Below are positions 15,511-27,732 of a stretch of DNA of 64,000 bases, one piece after another. Below the pieces are notes generated by a model that made no database searches, had not been told where the DNA came from, and saw only the letters and a list, made by a program, of their open reading frames with translations. How positions within the stretch are numbered: the first letter of the stretch is position 1; every line of letters starts with the position of its first letter. Source of the DNA: a candidate division FCPU426 bacterium (GTDB lineage: Bacteria; Oederibacteriota; Muellerivitia; Muellerivitales; Muellerivitaceae); the NCBI GenBank assembly GCA_963719085.1, contig CAVRAL010000001.1, positions 96,001 through 160,000 of the forward strand. Reading direction: 5' to 3'. Position numbers and translations under genes: made by a program.

Positions 15511-15686
15511 GCCTTTTGGTAGCCTACTGCTCCGCGTTTGAGCCCGTTGTGAGGTTTGAAGTGTAGTAAAACCTTCTTTTCGGATGGGATTTCCTGTCCG
15601 AAATGGTGAGCAAGAGGAGGGCTTTGCTTGACGATTCCCCCCAGATCCTTCGGGAGCTGGGGCAGATGATAATGGAATATTCGATC

Positions 15687-15720
15687 GGCAAAGGCGGAGC
15701 TCACTGTCTTTGCCTTTTTT
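15687..15720 (+). terminator. Intrinsic terminator between rpoC and rpsL
   Basis: GGCAAAGGCGG / CTGTCTTTGCC stem (two G-U pairs), 6-nt loop, TTTTTT tail. Confidence 0.7.
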
Positions 15721-15757
15721 ATTTTTAGACTATTTTTAGACCCTGTGGAGGGACAAG

Positions 15758-16150
15758 TTGCCGACCCTAAATCAATTGGTCCGGTTAGGCCGGGAAAAAA
15801 GTAAGCGTAAAACCAAATCCCCCGCTTTGAAGGCTTGCCCTCAAAAGCGCGGTGTTTGCGTGAAGGTCGCCACGATGACGCCGAAAAAGCCGAACTCGGC
15901 TTTGCGTAAAATCGCCCGTGTGCGTTTAACCAACGGAATGGAAGTCACTTGTTACATTCCGGGTGTGGGTCATAACCTGCAGGAGCATTCGATTGTCTTG
16001 ATTCGCGGCGGTCGCGTGAAGGACTTGCCGGGCGTTCGGTATCACATTGTCCGCGGGGCGCTCGACGCTTCCGGAGTGGCCGACCGTAAACAAGGACGTT
16101 CAAAGTATGGGATGAAGCGGCCGAAAAAAGAAGCCGTCGCCAAGAAGTAG
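15758..16150 (+). CDS. rpsL: 30S ribosomal protein S12
   Basis: [32 protein letters not shown] start after GGAGG. Confidence 0.99.
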   Translation: MPTLNQLVRLGREKSKRKTKSPALKACPQKRGVCVKVATMTPKKPNSALRKIARVRLTNGMEVTCYIPGVGHNLQEHSIVLIRGGRVKDLPGVRYHIVRGALDASGVADRKQGRSKYGMKRPKKEAVAKK

Positions 16151-16169
16151 AAAATAAGGAGAGCGATTC

Positions 16170-16640
16170 ATGCCTCGTCGAAAAGTAGCCGCGAGACGGG
16201 AAATCCTTGGGGATTCCCGTTACAACAACAAATTGGTCGCCAAGTTCATCAATTCGATGATGTACAACGGCCAAAAAATGGTCGCCACCCGCAGCTTTTA
16301 TGATGCCCTGGATCTTTTGGGCGAAAAGCATGGAGAGGGCGCTTTGAACGTGTTTAAGACGGCGATCGACAACATCAAGCCCGTCTTGGAAGTGAAATCC
16401 CGCCGCGTGGGCGGAGCCACTTACCAGGTTCCGGTTGAAATTCGGCCTGAACGCCGCACCTCGCTGGCGATCCGCTGGGTTTTGACGGCCGCCCGCGCCC
16501 GTAAAGAGAAGACGATCGCCGAGAAGTTGGCGATGGAATTAACCGACGCTTTCAAAAATCAGGGAACGGCGATTAAGAAAAAAGAAGACACGCACAAAAT
16601 GGCGGAAGCTAACCAAGCCTTCGCCCACTACCGCTGGTAA
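16170..16640 (+). CDS. rpsG: 30S ribosomal protein S7
   Basis: [25 protein letters not shown]. Confidence 0.99.
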   Translation: MPRRKVAARREILGDSRYNNKLVAKFINSMMYNGQKMVATRSFYDALDLLGEKHGEGALNVFKTAIDNIKPVLEVKSRRVGGATYQVPVEIRPERRTSLAIRWVLTAARARKEKTIAEKLAMELTDAFKNQGTAIKKKEDTHKMAEANQAFAHYRW

Positions 16641-16653
16641 TTGAGGATTTAAA

Positions 16654-18735
16654 GTGACGACACGACAAGTACCCTTAGCCAAGACGCGTAATATCGGCAT
16701 TATGGCCCATATTGACGCGGGTAAAACCACCTTGACCGAGCGTATCCTTTTTTATACGGGCCGCACGCACAAGATCGGTGAAGTTCATGATGGCGCGGCC
16801 ACCATGGACTGGATGCCGCAAGAGCAAGAGCGCGGAATCACGATCACCTCGGCTGCCACGACTTGTTTCTGGAAGACCAATCGGGTCAACATCATTGATA
16901 CCCCGGGGCACGTCGACTTCACCATTGAAGTCGAGCGTTCTTTGCGGGTTTTGGACGGCGCTATCGGCGTTTTCGGCGCGGTCGAAGGGGTGGAGCCCCA
17001 ATCCGAAACGGTTTGGCGCCAAGCCACTAATTACGGGGTTCCCCGCATCGCTTTCGTGAACAAAATGGACCGCGTGGGCGCCGATTATTTCGCCGCCATT
17101 GATCAAATGCGAAGCCGCTTAAACGCCAACGCTCACGCGGTGGCCTTGCCGGTGGGCGATGAGGAAAAGTTTGACGGAATCATCCACCTGGTTGAAATGA
17201 AGCGCTATCGTTGGTTGGATGACAGCTTGGGTGCTAAGTTTGAGATTGAGGAAATCCCGGCTGACATGAGAGAAAAGGCTGATAAATACCGCAAAGAACT
17301 GGTGGAGGCGGTCGCCGAATTTGACGATGACGTCATGCAAAAGTATTTGGACGGTAAAGAAATCACCGAGGAAGAATTAAAAACCTGCATCCGCAAAGGG
17401 ACCATCTCCAACAAGTTCAATCCGGTTTTTTGCGGCTCGGCTTTTAAAAACAAGGGTGTTCAACCCCTGTTGGACGCCGTCATTAACTACCTGCCCTCTC
17501 CGCTGGATATTCCCCCAGTGAAGGGACACAACGCGGATACGGGCGAGGAAGAAACCCGTGAAGCCAACGACGACGCCCCCTTTTCCGCCTTGGCTTTTAA
17601 AATCATGACTGATCCCCACGTGGGGAAATTGGTTTACTTCCGGGTCTATTCGGGAAGCTTGTCCATTGGTTCTTATGTTTACAACTCCACCAAGGGCAAC
17701 CGGGAACGCGTCGGCCGCTTGCTTCAAATGCACGCCAACAAGCGCGAGGAAATTAAAGAAGTTCATTCAGGCGATATCGCCGCCACCGTCGGGATCAAAA
17801 CCATTACCACGGGCGATACCCTTTGCCTGGAAGAAAAGCCGATCATCCTTGAAAAGATGGTTTTCCCCCAGCCGGTGATTTCGGTGGCCATCGAGCCCAA
17901 GACCAAAGTCGACCAAGAAAAGATGGGCTTGGCTTTGAGCAAGCTGGCTGAAGAAGATCCGTCCTTCCGCGTGAAGAGCGACGAGGAAACGGGACAAACG
18001 ATCATCGCCGGAATGGGCGAACTTCACTTGGAAATCATCGTCGACCGGATGATGCGCGAATTTAATGTTCAGGCCAACGTGGGCAAGCCCCAAGTGGCCT
18101 ACCGCGAAACCATCCGTAAGAGCGTCGAGGCTGAAGGAAAGTACATCCGTCAAACCGGCGGTCGCGGCCAATACGGCCACGTGTTTATCACCATGGAGCC
18201 CCAAGAGCCGGGCAAGGGAATTGAGTTCGTGGACGCGGTCAAGGGTGGAACGGTTCCGCGTGAATATATTCCGGCGGTTGAAAAAGGAATTAATGAAGCC
18301 AAGGATACGGGTGTTTTGGCCGGCTATCCGGTGGTCGATTTCAAAGTGACCTTAACCGATGGCTCTTACCACGATGTGGACTCGAACGAAATGGCGTTTA
18401 AGATCGCGGCCTCGATGGCCTTTAAAGAAGCCATGCGCAACGCGGAGCCGATTATTCTTGAACCGGTGATGGACGTGGAAGTCGTGACTCCGGATGATTT
18501 TATGGGTCCGGTAATGGGCGATCTTCAGTCTAAACGCGGAAAAATTGAAGGTATGGAATTGCGGGGAACGGCGCAAATTATCCGCTCCAAGGTTCCGCTG
18601 TCCGAGATGTTCGGTTACTCAACGAACCTTCGTTCGATGACGCAGGGCCGGGCTACGTATACGATGCAGTTCGCGCATTACGAGGAGACCCCTCGTTCGA
18701 TTCAACAAGAAATTATCGCGAAGGTCAAAGGCTGA
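16654..18735 (+). CDS. fusA: Elongation factor G
   Basis: [33 protein letters not shown]. Confidence 0.99.
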   Translation: MTTRQVPLAKTRNIGIMAHIDAGKTTLTERILFYTGRTHKIGEVHDGAATMDWMPQEQERGITITSAATTCFWKTNRVNIIDTPGHVDFTIEVERSLRVLDGAIGVFGAVEGVEPQSETVWRQATNYGVPRIAFVNKMDRVGADYFAAIDQMRSRLNANAHAVALPVGDEEKFDGIIHLVEMKRYRWLDDSLGAKFEIEEIPADMREKADKYRKELVEAVAEFDDDVMQKYLDGKEITEEELKTCIRKGTISNKFNPVFCGSAFKNKGVQPLLDAVINYLPSPLDIPPVKGHNADTGEEETREANDDAPFSALAFKIMTDPHVGKLVYFRVYSGSLSIGSYVYNSTKGNRERVGRLLQMHANKREEIKEVHSGDIAATVGIKTITTGDTLCLEEKPIILEKMVFPQPVISVAIEPKTKVDQEKMGLALSKLAEEDPSFRVKSDEETGQTIIAGMGELHLEIIVDRMMREFNVQANVGKPQVAYRETIRKSVEAEGKYIRQTGGRGQYGHVFITMEPQEPGKGIEFVDAVKGGTVPREYIPAVEKGINEAKDTGVLAGYPVVDFKVTLTDGSYHDVDSNEMAFKIAASMAFKEAMRNAEPIILEPVMDVEVVTPDDFMGPVMGDLQSKRGKIEGMELRGTAQIIRSKVPLSEMFGYSTNLRSMTQGRATYTMQFAHYEETPRSIQQEIIAKVKG

Positions 18736-18777
18736 TTTAATTCGCGTCCCGAAGGGGACGTCAGAGGAGGCGGTTCT

Positions 18778-19968
<1,191 letters not shown>

Positions 19969-19998
19969 CTAGACCGATCAAAAGATAAAGAGGAAAGC

Positions 19999-20316
19999 AT
20001 GGCGACGGCCACGAGTCAAAAAATCAGAATCAAGTTGAAAGCTTACGATCACCGTTTGTTAGACCGTTCGACGGTGGAGATCATTGAGACGGTGCGGCGT
20101 ACGGGCGCGGTAGTTTTGGGCCCGGTGCCGTTGCCGACCGAGATCAATCGTTACACGGTTTTGCGCAGCCCGCATGTGGATAAGAAGTCGCGGGAACAAT
20201 TCGAGATTCGCACCCACAAACGCCTGGTGGATATCGTGAATCCGAATCAACGGACCATTGATTCGTTGATGAAGTTGGACTTGCCGGCGGGTGTTGACGT
20301 CGAAATTAAGCTTTAA
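19999..20316 (+). CDS. rpsJ: 30S ribosomal protein S10
   Basis: [30 protein letters not shown]. Confidence 0.99.
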   Translation: MATATSQKIRIKLKAYDHRLLDRSTVEIIETVRRTGAVVLGPVPLPTEINRYTVLRSPHVDKKSREQFEIRTHKRLVDIVNPNQRTIDSLMKLDLPAGVDVEIKL

Positions 20317-20323
20317 GGAATAA

Positions 20324-20965
20324 ATGATGAAGTCCTTAATTGGAAAAAAAATCGGTCAGACCACTTTCTTTGAGGAGAGCGGCAAAGCGACCCATGTGAC
20401 GGTTTTAGAGATGGGCCCCTGCGTGGTGATTCAAAAAAAGACTTTGGAGAACGACGGTTATCAATCCATTCAACTGGGTTACGCCGAACGTAAAGAAAAA
20501 CACACGACCAAGGCCCAACAAGGCCATTTTAAAAAAGCCGGAGCCACTCCCAAGCGCGTTTTGAAAGAGTTTCGGGTGGAAGACGCCAACGCGTTCCAAG
20601 TGGGACAAACTTTAACTGTTGAGAATTTCAAGGATGTCGCGTGGGTCGATGTGACCGGCGTCACCAAGGGCAAGGGCTTCCAGGGTGTGGTTCGCCGCCA
20701 TGGCTTTTCCGGCGGACGCAACTCCCATGGAAGCATGTTTCACCGCGCTCCCGGCGGTATCGGCGCCTCGTCCGATCCGTCGCGCGTTTTCCCGGGGACC
20801 CGCATGCCGGGCCATATGGGGACTGATAAGAACACGATTTTAAACCTTCGCGTTGTGAAGGTGGATTCGGAAAACAACCTGTTGTTCGTGAAGGGCGCCG
20901 TGCCCGGAGCCGATGGACAAATTATCACTGTCCGGCCGAGCGTGAAAAAGAAAGCCAAAAAGTAA
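20324..20965 (+). CDS. rplC: 50S ribosomal protein L3
   Basis: DVTGVTKGKGFQG, MPGHMG, VKGAVPG. Confidence 0.98.
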   Translation: MMKSLIGKKIGQTTFFEESGKATHVTVLEMGPCVVIQKKTLENDGYQSIQLGYAERKEKHTTKAQQGHFKKAGATPKRVLKEFRVEDANAFQVGQTLTVENFKDVAWVDVTGVTKGKGFQGVVRRHGFSGGRNSHGSMFHRAPGGIGASSDPSRVFPGTRMPGHMGTDKNTILNLRVVKVDSENNLLFVKGAVPGADGQIITVRPSVKKKAKK

Positions 20966-20968
20966 AGG

Positions 20969-21637
20969 GTGACTAAAATGCCGAAAGCAAACGTATACAA
21001 TTCAACGGGTAAAGAGACCGGAACGATTGATCTGCCGGAAAACGTCTTCGGATTGAAGCCCCGGACCCATCATATTTGGCGGGGTGTGACGACTTATCTT
21101 TCCAACCAACGGTTGGGAACGGTCAATACCAAGACCAAAGGCGATGTTTCGGGCGGTGGTAAGAAGCCCTTTAAACAAAAGGGAACCGGCAGCGCCCGTC
21201 AGGGTTCCAGCCGCGCGGTTCAGTATGTGGGTGGCGGTATCGCCCACGGTCCCAAGCCTCGGGATTACTCCTTGGAATTACCCAAAAAGATGCGCCGCCA
21301 AGCTTTGGCCGAGTCCTTGTCTCAAAAGGCCTTGGAAGGCAAGGTCATGGTTATTGATGACATCCGGTTTGACGCTCCCAAGACCAAAAGCGCCACCACC
21401 CTTTTGAAGGGTTTGGGCGTGGATGCCAAGAAGTGCTTGGTGGTTTTAAACGACTCCAACGCCGTGGTTTTGAAAAGCTTCCGCAACCTTCGCGGGGTGA
21501 AGGTTTTGTCCCGCGAGAACTTGAACATCTTCGAAGTCGTGAACCACGAAGTGGTGGTCTTGACCAAGGAAGCTCTCGAAAAAATCGGGATCATGAAGAA
21601 AGAAACTTCCGCTTCCGTTCAGGAGAAGAGCAAATGA
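20969..21637 (+). CDS. rplD: 50S ribosomal protein L4 (alternative start ATG 20978)
   Basis: VSGGGKKPFKQKGTGSARQGS, GGIAHGPKPRDY. Confidence 0.97.
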   Translation: MTKMPKANVYNSTGKETGTIDLPENVFGLKPRTHHIWRGVTTYLSNQRLGTVNTKTKGDVSGGGKKPFKQKGTGSARQGSSRAVQYVGGGIAHGPKPRDYSLELPKKMRRQALAESLSQKALEGKVMVIDDIRFDAPKTKSATTLLKGLGVDAKKCLVVLNDSNAVVLKSFRNLRGVKVLSRENLNIFEVVNHEVVVLTKEALEKIGIMKKETSASVQEKSK

Positions 21638-21930
21638 AAAAAATACAAGACGTCATTGTCCGGCCACTGATCACCGAGCGCAGCACCCGGTTGAAGGAAC
21701 AAGGCAAGTATTCCTTTGAGGTTCACCCGAACGCCACCAAGCAAGAGATTCGTCAAGCGGTGGAGACGGTTTTCAAGAAGGAAAAAGTTGAAGTGGTGAA
21801 GGTCAACACGATTAATGTCCCGGGCAAGATCCGCCGGGTGGGTCGGAATGTTTCCAACGCCTATCGCTGGAAAAAGGCGATTGTGACCGTGAAGCCTGGT
21901 CAAAAAATTGAATTCTTTGAAGGGGCCTGA
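21634..21930 (+). CDS. rplW: 50S ribosomal protein L23
   Basis: [29 protein letters not shown] 21634 after AGGAG. Confidence 0.97.
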   Translation: MKKIQDVIVRPLITERSTRLKEQGKYSFEVHPNATKQEIRQAVETVFKKEKVEVVKVNTINVPGKIRRVGRNVSNAYRWKKAIVTVKPGQKIEFFEGA

Positions 21931-21932
21931 TT

Positions 21933-22766
21933 ATGCCAATTAAAAATTACAAACCCACGTCGCCGGGTCGCCGGGCCATGACCGCGATCACCGGGGAAAA
22001 TTTGACCAAGAAGGCCCCGGAAAAGTCTTTGATGGAGCCCTTGAAGGGTTCGGGCGGACGCAATATGTACGGCCGCATCACCAGCCGTCACCGGGGCGCG
22101 GGGCATAAACGCCAATACCGCATCATCGATTTCACCCGTAACAAAAGGGCGATGCAGGGCACGGTCGTTTCCTTGGAATATGACCCCAACCGCTCTTGCC
22201 GGATCGCCCTTGTCCAATATTTGGACGGCGAAAAGAAATACATTTTGGCGCCTGAAGGGCTGCAAGTGGGCAATCAGGTTATTTCGGGCGAAGGGGCCGA
22301 CGTGAAACCGGGCCACGCGATGAAATTAAAAGACATTCCCTTTGGTTCCATGATTCATAACATTGAGCTTCGGCCGGGCAAGGGCGGTCAAATGGTTCGC
22401 TCCGCCGGCTCGGTGGCCCAGCTCATGGCGCGCGAAGGGGAGTACGCGACGATTAAGCTTCCTTCCGGCGAGATGCGCAAGGTTCACATTGAGTGCACCG
22501 CTTCCATCGGACAGGTCGGCAATTTGGATCACTTCAACGTGAGCATCGGTAAAGCCGGGCGCATGCGTTGGATGGGAGAACGTCCCCAGTCCCGCGGCGT
22601 GGTGACGCGGCCGGGCGACGGACATCCGATGGGTGGTGGTGAAGGCAAGAGCTCGGGCGGACGTCATCCGACGACGCCTTGGGGTAAGCCGACTAAGGGT
22701 TACAAGACCCGCCAGAACAAGCTGACGGATAAATACATCGTTAAACGCCGCAAAACCGGTAAATAG
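21933..22766 (+). CDS. rplB: 50S ribosomal protein L2
   Basis: [36 protein letters not shown]. Confidence 0.98.
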   Translation: MPIKNYKPTSPGRRAMTAITGENLTKKAPEKSLMEPLKGSGGRNMYGRITSRHRGAGHKRQYRIIDFTRNKRAMQGTVVSLEYDPNRSCRIALVQYLDGEKKYILAPEGLQVGNQVISGEGADVKPGHAMKLKDIPFGSMIHNIELRPGKGGQMVRSAGSVAQLMAREGEYATIKLPSGEMRKVHIECTASIGQVGNLDHFNVSIGKAGRMRWMGERPQSRGVVTRPGDGHPMGGGEGKSSGGRHPTTPWGKPTKGYKTRQNKLTDKYIVKRRKTGK

Positions 22767-22780
22767 GAAAGGGATTTTAA

Positions 22781-23068
22781 ATGGGACGATCGCTAAAAAA
22801 AGGCCCCTATGTGGTTGAGAAGCTTTTGAAGCTGGTTCAAAAAATGAACCGGGCCAATGACAAAAAAGTCGTCAAGACCTATGCCAGACGCTCCTCGGTT
22901 CATCCCGAAATGGTGGGACATACTTTCGCCATCCATAACGGAAAAAAGTTTATCCCGGTTTTCATCACTGAAAACATGGTGGGCCACAAGCTGGGGGAAT
23001 TTTCCCCGACGCGTACTTTTAAAGCGCATGGCGCGGTGAAAACCGAAAAATCCATGCAGCTCAAGTAA
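22781..23068 (+). CDS. rpsS: 30S ribosomal protein S19
   Basis: [21 protein letters not shown]. Confidence 0.98.
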   Translation: MGRSLKKGPYVVEKLLKLVQKMNRANDKKVVKTYARRSSVHPEMVGHTFAIHNGKKFIPVFITENMVGHKLGEFSPTRTFKAHGAVKTEKSMQLK

Positions 23069-23082
23069 GGAAGGTTGATTTT

Positions 23083-23433
23083 ATGGAAGCACAGGCCATT
23101 TCTCGATTCACGCGATTGACTCCCCGGAAAGCCCGCCAAGTGGTGGAACTGATCCGCAAGAAGCCGGTCGCCGAAGCGCTTAACATTTTGGCTTTTACCA
23201 AGAAGAAGGCCGCGGGCGAAATCGCAAAGATTATCAAGGCGGCCGTGTCGAACGCCGGACAGAATTCCCGCGTGGACGTGGACAAGCTTCGGATCAAAAA
23301 CGTCCAAGTGGATGGCGGTCCCATGCTTCAAAACGCGAAACGCTTTATCCCGCGGGCCATGGGACGGGCCAGCGCTATTCACCGCCGGACCAGCCACATT
23401 AAAGTGGTTGTGACCGACGAATCTAAAGCATAA
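23083..23433 (+). CDS. rplV: 50S ribosomal protein L22
   Basis: PRKARQV, PRAMGRA, RTSHI. Confidence 0.97.
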   Translation: MEAQAISRFTRLTPRKARQVVELIRKKPVAEALNILAFTKKKAAGEIAKIIKAAVSNAGQNSRVDVDKLRIKNVQVDGGPMLQNAKRFIPRAMGRASAIHRRTSHIKVVVTDESKA

Positions 23434-23451
23434 ATTTTTCGGAGGCTTCTT

Positions 23452-24186
23452 TTGGGACAGAAAATTAATCCAATTGGATTCAGATTAGGCATCATTCGGG
23501 ACTGGGACTCGCTGTGGTTCTCGGCGAAGAAAAAGATCTACACTGAAACCTTGTTGGAAGACATTCAGCTTCGCAAGTTCGTGAAAATGCACTTGAAACA
23601 CGCCGGCGTGGCCCGCGTGGTTTTGAAGCGCAAAGGCGAGACGGTGGAAGTGGATATTTTCGCCTCCCGGCCCGGCATCGTGATCGGCAAAAAAGGCTCC
23701 GAAGTCGACAAACTCAAGGCGGAGCTCCAAAAGTTCACTAAGAAAGAAATTCGCATCAACATCAACGAGGAGAAGCACCCTGAAACAAACGCCCAATTGA
23801 TCGCCGAAAGCGTGGCGAGCCAGTTGGAAAAACGCATCGCTTTCCGCCGGGCCATGAAAAAGTCGATTCAAAGCGCTTTGGATGGCGGAGCGAAGGGAAT
23901 CAAGATCATGTGTTCCGGCCGTTTGGCCGGTTCTGAAATCGCACGGTCCGAATGGTATCGCGAAGGCCGGGTGCCGCTCCATACCTTGCGGGCCGATATT
24001 GATTACGGCTTGGCCGTTTCCAACACGACCTATGGAACCATCGGCGTGAAGTGCTGGGTCTTTAAGCGCGAGATTTTTGAAGCCAAAGAAAAGCCTGAAG
24101 AAGTGAACGCCGCTAAAACAAAGCCTTCGAATCGCGAGCGTAACGAGCGTAAATCGACCGAATCCGGCGCGCCGGCCTCGGCTTAG
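23452..24186 (+). CDS. rpsC: 30S ribosomal protein S3
   Basis: MGQKINPIGFRLG, GRVPLHTLRADIDY. Confidence 0.98.
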   Translation: MGQKINPIGFRLGIIRDWDSLWFSAKKKIYTETLLEDIQLRKFVKMHLKHAGVARVVLKRKGETVEVDIFASRPGIVIGKKGSEVDKLKAELQKFTKKEIRININEEKHPETNAQLIAESVASQLEKRIAFRRAMKKSIQSALDGGAKGIKIMCSGRLAGSEIARSEWYREGRVPLHTLRADIDYGLAVSNTTYGTIGVKCWVFKREIFEAKEKPEEVNAAKTKPSNRERNERKSTESGAPASA

Positions 24187-24211
24187 CCTCGTAACCATAA
24201 AGGACTAGACC

Positions 24212-24637
24212 ATGTTAATGCCGAAACGAGTGAAATACCGAAAGATGCAAAAAGGCCGGATGCGCGGAAAATCCAAAAATGGGTTTACCTTCGCTTTCGG
24301 GGAATTCGCCTTGAAGTCGGAAGACGCGGCTTATGTCACCGACCGTCAAATTGAGGCGGCCCGTGTGGCGATTAACCGTCATATGAAGCGCGTGGGAAAA
24401 CTTTGGGTGCGTATTTTCCCGGATCGTCCGGTCACCAAAAAGCCGGCGGAAGTTCGTATGGGTGGCGGTAAGGGCGCCCTGGATCATTGGGCCGCCGTTG
24501 TGAAGCCGGGTCGTATCTTGTTTGAAGTTTCCGGAGCGCCGGAAAATGTTGTGCGGGAAGCGTTTCAATTAGCCTCGCATAAGCTCCCGGTGAAGACCAA
24601 GTGTTTATCCCGAGCCGATGTGGGAGGTATGTCATGA
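24212..24637 (+). CDS. rplP: 50S ribosomal protein L16
   Basis: [24 protein letters not shown]. Confidence 0.98.
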   Translation: MLMPKRVKYRKMQKGRMRGKSKNGFTFAFGEFALKSEDAAYVTDRQIEAARVAINRHMKRVGKLWVRIFPDRPVTKKPAEVRMGGGKGALDHWAAVVKPGRILFEVSGAPENVVREAFQLASHKLPVKTKCLSRADVGGMS

Positions 24638-24834
24638 AATCCAAGGAAGTTCGCGAGTTTAATATTGATCAATTGAAACAACAGCTTATTTCGAAAGAAG
24701 AAGAGTTGTTCAATTTGAAGATCCAGCTTTCGACGAAACAACTGGAAAACCCGATGAAGATCCGGGAAGCCCGCCGCCATGTGGCGCGGTTGAAGACGAT
24801 TCTTCGTGAAAAAGAAAAAGGTACAAAAGCATAG
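24634..24834 (+). CDS. rpmC: 50S ribosomal protein L29
   Basis: EELFNLK...[23 protein letters not shown] 24634 after GGAGG. Confidence 0.95.
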   Translation: MKSKEVREFNIDQLKQQLISKEEELFNLKIQLSTKQLENPMKIREARRHVARLKTILREKEKGTKA

Positions 24835-24975
24835 CATGGCGCTAAAAAATTTTTTTCATCGCCATGCTGACAGGCAGGGGTTTAAACGAGCCGCCGAAAA
24901 CTTGGTTTCTTTTGATTGCGGCTCGTTCGTAAATAGGAAAAAGTCGTCAAAAACCGACTTTTTCACCATCTGTTA
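24833..24975 (+). other. Three-hairpin structured insert between rpmC and rpsQ
   Basis: Perfect stems AGCATGGCG/CGCCATGCT, AACGAGCCGC/GCGGCTCGTT, GAAAAAGTCG/CGACTTTTTC. Confidence 0.65.
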
Positions 24976-24983
24976 AGGAGCGT

Positions 24984-25280
24984 TTGATGTCAGCTGAAAC
25001 AAATACGAATCGAAAAGAACCCCGGACCAAAACCGCGGTTGTGGTTAGCCGCAAAATGGATAAGACGGCGGTGGTGTCCATCGAACGTTTGGTCAAGCAC
25101 CCGCTTTACCAAAAACTGGTGCGCAAGCGCAGCAAGTTTAAGATCCACGACCCTAAGAATGAGACCCAGGCGGGGGATGTGGTTTTGATCGCGGAGACCC
25201 GGCCCATCAGCGCGGATAAGCATTGGAAGCTGGTGAAGATCTTGCGTAAAGCCGTTCAGGTTGAGGAGGCTAAATTATGA
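24984..25280 (+). CDS. rpsQ: 30S ribosomal protein S17 (start TTG 24984 or ATG 24987)
   Basis: [24 protein letters not shown]. Confidence 0.97.
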   Translation: MMSAETNTNRKEPRTKTAVVVSRKMDKTAVVSIERLVKHPLYQKLVRKRSKFKIHDPKNETQAGDVVLIAETRPISADKHWKLVKILRKAVQVEEAKL

Positions 25281-25645
25281 TCATGCCTCAAACCATGCTC
25301 AATGTGGCCGATAACAGCGGGGCCACGAGAATTATGTGTATCCATGTGCTGGGCGGAACCCGGCGCCGTTACGCCGCTATCGGTGACGTGATTGTGGCGG
25401 CCGTGAAGGAAGCGATCCCGGGAGCGGGTGTGAAAAAGAGTGAAGTCGTGAAGGCGGTGGTGGTTCGTCAACGCCGCGTTTTGGTCCGCCCGGACGGGTC
25501 CAGCATCCGTTTTGACGAAAACGCCGCGGTCATCATTAATGAGCAGATGGCTCCTCGCGGAACGCGCATCTTTGGACCGGTGACCCGTGAATTGCGTGAT
25601 AAGAATTTTATGAAAATCATTTCGCTGGCGCCGGAGGTTTTGTAG
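25277..25645 (+). CDS. rplN: 50S ribosomal protein L14
   Basis: [25 protein letters not shown]. Confidence 0.99.
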   Translation: MIMPQTMLNVADNSGATRIMCIHVLGGTRRRYAAIGDVIVAAVKEAIPGAGVKKSEVVKAVVVRQRRVLVRPDGSSIRFDENAAVIINEQMAPRGTRIFGPVTRELRDKNFMKIISLAPEVL

Positions 25646-25647
25646 AC

Positions 25648-25968
25648 ATGAAAGTTCATCGCGAAGACACAGTGATGGTTTTGACGGGCAAAGACAAAGG
25701 CAAAAAGGGGCGCGTGATCCGCGTTTTCCCGCAGCAAGAAAAAGTCTTGGTCGAGAAGGTCAATATGGCCAAACGCCATACCCGGCCGACCCAGCAGTTG
25801 CCGCAGGGGGGCATTATCGAGAAGGAAATGCCGCTTCATGTTTCCAATGTTCAGTTGATTTGCCCGAAGTGTGGAAAGTCGACCCGGGTGGCCCATAAGA
25901 TTCTGGCCAGCGGCCAAAAAAATCGCGCTTGTAAAAAGTGCGGCGAAATTATGGATAAGGAAAAATAA
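25648..25968 (+). CDS. rplX: 50S ribosomal protein L24 (CxxC...CxxC C-terminus)
   Basis: [11 protein letters not shown] motif, [19 protein letters not shown]...CKKC. Confidence 0.97.
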   Translation: MKVHREDTVMVLTGKDKGKKGRVIRVFPQQEKVLVEKVNMAKRHTRPTQQLPQGGIIEKEMPLHVSNVQLICPKCGKSTRVAHKILASGQKNRACKKCGEIMDKEK

Positions 25969-25969
25969 G

Positions 25970-26524
25970 ATGCCGACGAAGACGATTCTTAAAGAAAAGT
26001 ATGTCAGCGAAATTGTTCCGGCTTTGATGAAAAAGTTCGAAATCAAGAACGCCATGCGCGTTCCTAAAGTCGAAAAAGTGGTTTTGAACGTTTGCGTGGG
26101 AAAAGCCGCCTCGGAAAACAACATTAAGCTTTTGGATATGGCCGCCGCGGAACTGGGCATGATCACGGGTCAAAAGCCGGCGATCACCCGCTCGAAGAAG
26201 GCGATCTCTAACTTCAAGCTTCGGGCCGACCAGCCTTTGGGCTGTAAGGTGACGCTTCGCGGGGACCGGATGTACCAGTTTCTGGAGCGCTTTTTTATGG
26301 TGGCGCTTCCCCGGATTCGGGACTTTCGTGGCGTCCCGACCCGTTCCTTTGATGGTCGCGGCAATTACACTCTGGGATTAAAAGAACAGATCATTTTCCC
26401 GGAAATTAATTTTGAGGACGTCCAATCCATTCATGGCATGGATATCACTTTCACGACGACGGCGAAGACGGACGAGGAAGCCAAGGAGCTTTTGAAGTTG
26501 TTGGGAATGCCTTTTAGAAACTAG
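25970..26524 (+). CDS. rplE: 50S ribosomal protein L5
   Basis: [30 protein letters not shown] 25970. Confidence 0.98.
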   Translation: MPTKTILKEKYVSEIVPALMKKFEIKNAMRVPKVEKVVLNVCVGKAASENNIKLLDMAAAELGMITGQKPAITRSKKAISNFKLRADQPLGCKVTLRGDRMYQFLERFFMVALPRIRDFRGVPTRSFDGRGNYTLGLKEQIIFPEINFEDVQSIHGMDITFTTTAKTDEEAKELLKLLGMPFRN

Positions 26525-26532
26525 GAGATTTC

Positions 26533-26718
26533 ATGGCGAAAAAAAGTTTGGTGAATAAGCAAAAAAAGACCCCGAAGTTTAAGGTTCGGGCCTATAGCCG
26601 CTGCCGGCTGTGCGGCCGTCCGAGGGCTTTTTTGAGGCGGTTTGGTATGTGCCGTATTTGTTTTAGAAACCTGGCGGGCGAGGGGAAAATCCCCGGCGTC
26701 GTCAAGGCCAGCTGGTAA
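26533..26718 (+). CDS. rpsN: 30S ribosomal protein S14, short Zn-binding type
   Basis: RCRLCGR...[15 protein letters not shown]; 61 aa. Confidence 0.97.
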   Translation: MAKKSLVNKQKKTPKFKVRAYSRCRLCGRPRAFLRRFGMCRICFRNLAGEGKIPGVVKASW

Positions 26719-26731
26719 AGGGAGAATTTTT

Positions 26732-27133
26732 ATGTCTATGACCGATCCCATCGCGGATATGTTGACGCGGATTCGCAACGCGAATCACGTCTATAAGGAA
26801 AAAGTGGACGTTCCTTTTTCCAAGTTGAAATTGGAAATCGCCCGGATCCTTTCGGAAGAAGGATTCATTAAGAACTACAAAGTGGTTGAGGATAAAACCA
26901 AGCCTTCCGCCATCCGCATTTCGATGAAATACGGGGAAAAGCGGGAGCGGGTGATCACCCATATCGGCCGCGTGAGTCGTTCGGGCCGCCGGGTTTATCG
27001 GGGCAAAGCCAGCATTCCCCGGGTCATTGGGGGATTGGGCGTGGCGATCTTGTCGACGTCCAAGGGCGTCTTGACCGATCAGCAGGCCCGTCAGCAAGGT
27101 GTGGGCGGCGAGGTTCTTTGTTTAATTCATTGA
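26732..27133 (+). CDS. rpsH: 30S ribosomal protein S8
   Basis: [33 protein letters not shown]. Confidence 0.98.
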   Translation: MSMTDPIADMLTRIRNANHVYKEKVDVPFSKLKLEIARILSEEGFIKNYKVVEDKTKPSAIRISMKYGEKRERVITHIGRVSRSGRRVYRGKASIPRVIGGLGVAILSTSKGVLTDQQARQQGVGGEVLCLIH

Positions 27134-27165
27134 TTTTGTTTATTAATTAAGTTGAGGGAGAAGTT

Positions 27166-27723
27166 ATGGCGCGCATTGCCAAAAAACCAATCGAACTACC
27201 GACCGGCGTTAAGGTGAAAACCGAAGGCCAAAAGGTCATGGTGGAAGGCCCTAAAGGCACTCTGAACCATGAAATGGTGGCTGGGATCAAGCTGGAAACC
27301 CAAGGGCAGCAGCTTTTGGTGTCGATCACCGGAAATGAGAAAAGCCTGAATTCGTTTCACGGATTGACCCGGGCTTTGATTAAAAATATGGTCCTCGGCG
27401 TGACTTCGGGTTTCGAGCGCAAACTGGAAATCCAAGGCGTCGGCTACCGCGCCACCATGGATAAAGGAAAGCTCAGCATGTCCCTGGGCTTCAGCCATCC
27501 GGTCGTGATGGAATTACCCAAGGGTGTCTCGGTGGATATCGAGAAACAAACCCTCTTAACCGTGAAGGGCGTCGATAAATATTTGGTCGGTGAGACCGCG
27601 GCCAAAATTCGCCGCGTGAAACCCCCTGAAGTTTACAAAGGAACGGGCATTCGCTATTTGGGCGAACAGGTCCGCAAGAAAGTCGGTAAAACCGGCGCCA
27701 CCGGCAAAGCCGGCGGGAAATAA
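27166..27723 (+). CDS. rplF: 50S ribosomal protein L6
   Basis: GPKGTL, GVGYRA, LGFSHP, PEVYKGTGIRY. Confidence 0.98.
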   Translation: MARIAKKPIELPTGVKVKTEGQKVMVEGPKGTLNHEMVAGIKLETQGQQLLVSITGNEKSLNSFHGLTRALIKNMVLGVTSGFERKLEIQGVGYRATMDKGKLSMSLGFSHPVVMELPKGVSVDIEKQTLLTVKGVDKYLVGETAAKIRRVKPPEVYKGTGIRYLGEQVRKKVGKTGATGKAGGK

Positions 27724-27732
27724 GGAGCCAAC

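Noticed and set aside
15511..15757. Considered as tRNA, SRP RNA, 6S RNA or T-box
   Set aside because: No cloverleaf or T-loop, no SRP domain IV motif, no single long bulged rod, no T-box consensus; kept only as an unclassified structured region
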